Shown: positions 60,039 through 64,000 of the stretch, in pieces
Numbering within the stretch: position 1 is the first letter of the stretch
Layout: each line of letters begins with the position of its first letter
Source of the DNA: Macrostomum hystrix
Lineage: Eukaryota > Animalia > Platyhelminthes
NCBI GenBank assembly: GCA_950097015.1
Contig: CATNEN010000032.1
Span: forward strand, 1,426,001 to 1,490,000
Direction: 5' to 3'
Length of the DNA: 64,000 nt
Notes under the pieces: generated by a model
What the model was told of the DNA's origin: nothing
The model's input: only the letters and a program-made list of their open reading frames with translations
The model's database searches: none
Made by a program: the position numbers and the translations under genes

Positions 60039-62506
60039 ATGAACTCGTCCGATAGGAACGTTAAGAATGATTCAGTTAGTGGCGTAGTAAATATTCGCAA
60101 GAATACCAGCGAAGACGACCGACTCGTAGCCATCGAGTACCGACAGAAGCAGTTCTGCGACACCCTGGTGGATACGTTTCTCAACCTATCGGAGGAGAGA
60201 AATCCCAAGCGAGCTGGAAACCTCCGAGAGGCTACAAATGTCGTTGAGCGCTGGATTCTTGGCTTGCAGCAGGTGGCTGGCAGAAAGGTTGATCTTCTTC
60301 TGCCCCTCTTTCCCATCGGCATGCGGCCCGATGACGAGCAGGTGCGTTGAGCCACTACAAAGCTCCTGATCCACATGGATCTTTTCGACTAGTATTAGGG
60401 ATCTTTGCGGGGACGGGAAGGTCTGATGATATCCTAAATGGTCACGCATTATTGAGTATTTCACATCACTTAAAATTTCCCTTTTCCTAAATCTAGGGAC
60501 TCTACATTCTGGCCTAAGTTGCACATTTCCAAAACTGCATAGCGCCTAATGTAATTTCAAGGCTTTCATTTAGCCCATTTTTTATTCCCGAAATTCGCTT
60601 TCCCTAAATTGCAAAAGTCCCCGAGCGCACAGGAATTTCCTCAAACCCTAAATCAGAGACTTCATATTCCATAAACATTCGTCCAACTTTTTAAACAGTG
60701 TGTCTTCTATTCTTTATGATTTTATGAATTCGTCCTCTGGTTGTGCTAAGGATATTCTTCCACACAGATCCTCTGGTTGTGCTAAGGATATCCTCCACAC
60801 AGATCATATGGTTGTGCTAAGGATATCCTCCACACAGATCATATGGTTGTGCTAAGGATATCCTCCACACAGATCATATGGTTGTGCTAAGGATATCCTC
60901 CACACAGATCCTCTGGTTGTGCTAAGGATATTATTCCACACAGTTCCCTTGGTTGTGCTAAGGATATCCTCCACACAGATCCTCTGGTTGTGCTAAGGAT
61001 ATTATTCCACACAGATCCTCTGGTTGTGCTAAGGATATTATTTCACACAGTATTCACCCACTGTATTTGGCAATTCATGCAGCCAATATACTTAAGACTT
61101 CATGAAAACATAGGTATACATGCAAATATAAAAAGTACTGTATTGCACTATAATGTAACTCCTCAAACGAATTGAAATCCGTAGGCGAAGCTATTGGCCA
61201 ACGACGCCTTCGAAAAGGGGTTCTGCCGCCTGCGCCGTTCAGCCAAAAACCTAGTTGACCGCATGCTGGCTGAGGTCGAAAGCTTCCGACGCTGTTGCCA
61301 TGAAGAGAAGGATGGTCACGTTGTCCAGCCGTTAGTGGAGCTGGTCATGTTGGATGAGGATCGTGGCTACATCCGTGTGGGCAAATTTCAATCGTCAGCA
61401 TCGCGACGCTTGCCACACCTGGTGCAGCGCTACGGCTTGGCGGCTACCGCCCGGATGCTGCTGCGCTACGAGTCTCTGGGCAGCGGCAGCTACCAGTGGG
61501 GCGATCCCCTCAGCGTGCACCGGGTCTACTATCGCGACTTCGGAGCTCGCTACGAGGGCTTCTCCTCGCCATTGAACTCGCGCTTCTTAGGCCTGGAAGG
61601 GGCCGGATTTTGTTCGCTATTCTCAGACACTGACTCGGTGTTTGGCAGTCTTGGAAATTTTTTCAATGTCGACTTGGCCAGGTGAGGGAGTTCGACTATT
61701 TTCAGTTCTGTTTACCTCTCAGAAATGATTTTATTTTGTAATAAAAACTATAATAATTGGCGGAGGTCTGCGGGCAATCGCACATCATTTAGTGACACTA
61801 GACCCGAAGCCAGCGAGTAGTCAATTCTGCCCATTTCGCTGACTCCTGAACACACACGCACACCGATACCGTATGCAGGCACACACCCATAGGTGTGTAC
61901 ATCTGCCTGAATTTCTTATTATCAGGCAGTGCAAATTTTATGTGCCTTGGAGGTTGGCCGTCAATGGGTTAAATTGCACGACAAGCCCCAAGCCTTCTCT
62001 CCGCGGCTGCACGTGGAATCGAGCTCAGGGACAGAACCTTGGCGCGAGACGCAAACGCGTTAGACCACTCTGACACTACCCCCTTATTATCTTGTAACAT
62101 TTTAAATAATATACGAGTGCATTCTATTGACAGAAAAACTGGTGGCTGGTCGGTGAATCCGCCGTTCATCGAGAGCGTCTTGGAGGAGGCGGCCAGATGC
62201 GTCACCAACTGCCTGGATGGGGGCGCGGCCAGCTGGTTCTTCATGAACTATCCTGATTGGCGCGACTCGCCCGGCTGGACCTTGCTGGACGCCTCGCCGC
62301 ACAAGCTGGCCCGATTCGACTTCTCGCCGGGCGAATTTCTCATCCAGGACGCTTACGGCAGGGCCTCGCGCCCGAAGATGAAGCTCAGCATCTTCGCTCT
62401 GGGTCGGCTACCTGACGGTTCGCCACCAATTGAACGCCTGCGTGACGCCGTGTTTAAGGCGCGCCCACCGGAATTAGCTGAGAAGTGGTCCGCCGCCACC
62501 TTTTGA
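60039..62506 (+). CDS. PCIF1/CAPAM-like adenine-N6 methyltransferase, 390 aa as modelled, no WW domain seen
   Basis: Exons 60039-60341, 61185-61681, 62134-62506 in phase. LLRYESL, EGFSSPLN, FCSLFSDTDSVFGSLGNFF, GGWSVNPPF, FFMNYPDW match the PCIF1 methyltransferase domain. Confidence 0.82.
60735..61045. repeat. 35-36-bp minisatellite (GGTTGTGCTAAGGATATCCTCCACACAGATC...), ~9 copies, intron 1 of the PCIF1-like gene
   Basis: GGTTG at 60739, 60775, 60810, ... Confidence 0.93.
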
Positions 62507-62849
62507 TGGGCTGAATTGGGCGCTTGGGCGTTTGCGAATTTAGTATCAAAATTCACGACTTAAAGGGCTAGCTGTTCAATTTGTTCCTTTTTAGAACCTG
62601 CGCATTGTTAATGACTACTATCTTCTAACCTATATTATTCCCTTTATTCAACCTACTTTTAGCTGATCGATATTAAAACACAAGAAACGTTTCTAATTAA
62701 CGCTTACGCCTTAAAGAATAGCTTTATAATTTTTTATGATCGAGTTTGTAAATTATGAAGACTTAGGCCATCTGGTATCGTTATCTAAATTATGTATATG
62801 ATAGTGGCTGCTTAATTGGCATTCTGTGGTTAGAAAGTCTGAGGCTGCG

Positions 62850-64000
62850 TTTAATGGTCCGAGGCGAGCGAAGCGAGCCGAGGACTATTGACCAACTTCT
62901 CCACTCAGACCCAATAATCATGATTGTTCAACGGTAGACGGATGTCTATGGCCACGCCAGGCCACGCCAAACAGATTGGCCTTTTTGACTTTATTTTAGG
63001 CAAAAACGAATTGAAACGATTTGAAACAATTAGCGCAATTGAAACAGTAACCCAACTGACAGCAGCATGTGCTGCACTCCCTCTGTCCATTGTCAAAATA
63101 CAGATGCAGATGCTCAGTGGGGCTCCTGGGGCGGTCCGATCGTGAAAGTGCAGTTGGTGAAACTGCAGTCACCAAATACCGCAGCGTAGTTGCGGCCCGT
63201 AACGCTGACGGCTCTGTTGCTCACGTTGCTAGTCGCACTTGACACCACCAACGTTGCTCAATGACGGTTTGTGCAACGGAGGAAATCTTGTCGGGTGCTT
63301 TTGTCAATGTTGTTGTGTATGCGGTTGCCGAGATAGACAATAAGAAATTGTCACCAGTGGCGCACATCAATTGTCGCAGTCCGTCTTTTATTATCAAACT
63401 TTGTATAATTCTGTGATTATCAAACGGCCATATTTTGACGACCATAAACTACGAGTATGATCGATTTAGAGATTAATATATATTTATTTATTTATCACTA
63501 CATATAAGCAACAATAGAAATAGAACATGTGATAGTTGGTTTAGTTGAATGCATGAATGGCTAGTTGTTAGCTCAAGCGTGTGATAATCGGTCATTACAA
63601 TCAGCCATCCGACTAGTAGCCGAAGTTGACGGTACAGTTAGAGAAGTGGCAACCAGAAAAACACAGGATAAATTCAACCTACTTAGCGTAATACTCTGGC
63701 TACGCAACTCCTCCACATTTGACTCTGATGCCACCGCTTGTTCAGGTATGTGACGTGTCCTGGCCAACGCTATTTCCGTACGGGAACCATTCGGTTGTAG
63801 AGCGAAGCACAGTTGTAGCCATGTCTCGCAGCGTGTGATTGCACGCTTCCTCGATAGATACCGCCTATAATACAGTCGCCTCGCCCTGCTGTCCAGTGAT
63901 ACTCATGATATCGGGCACTGTGAAGCCAGCTTCATGCAGATTGGCAGCCCTAGTTACTCTAATGCAATGATTCGTATACTTCTTGGAGAGCCTTCTTGGA
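62850..64000 (-). mobile_element. Decayed Crypton-like tyrosine-recombinase element (3' part)
   Basis: 63999-63865 reads PRRLSKKYTNHCIRVTRAANLHEAGFTVPDIMSITGQ then stop (H-x-x-R box, TG[H] box); hairpin GTCCGAGGCGAGCGAAGCGAGCCGAGGAC at 62857-62885 is a possible terminus. Confidence 0.65.

Overview
Intron-rich eukaryotic (metazoan) genomic DNA with GC-rich exons, AT-rich spacers and a very high load of minisatellites. The overall style suggests a free-living flatworm such as Macrostomum (inference only). Gene models were built by hand from GT-AG boundaries and reading-frame phase. Host genes: a Rac/Cdc42-type Rho GTPase; maelstrom (HMG + MAEL); a ~717-aa low-complexity orphan; a dihydropyrimidinase with a CRMP-like tail; a frameshifted fibrinogen-domain gene; four divergent nAChR-like Cys-loop subunit genes (two per strand, convergent; one with a premature stop); a 96-aa six-cysteine secreted protein; a CD225/dispanin; and a PCIF1/CAPAM-like methyltransferase apparently lacking a WW domain. 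Mobile DNA: a decayed Penelope-like element bracketed by two minimal hammerhead ribozymes; a non-autonomous Helitron with a nested hAT MITE; a second hAT MITE; a Helitron 5' fragment; three copies of a tRNA-derived CORE-like SINE; and a Crypton-like tyrosine recombinase fragment. Most notable: (i) the Cys-loop cluster lacks the acetylcholine-binding aromatic box, shares an extra cysteine pair, and has a nucleotide-identical M1 segment; (ii) the paired, covarying hammerheads; (iii) the WW-less CAPAM-like gene; (iv) a near-identical displaced copy of the maelstrom zinc-binding exon. No computation or database search was run.
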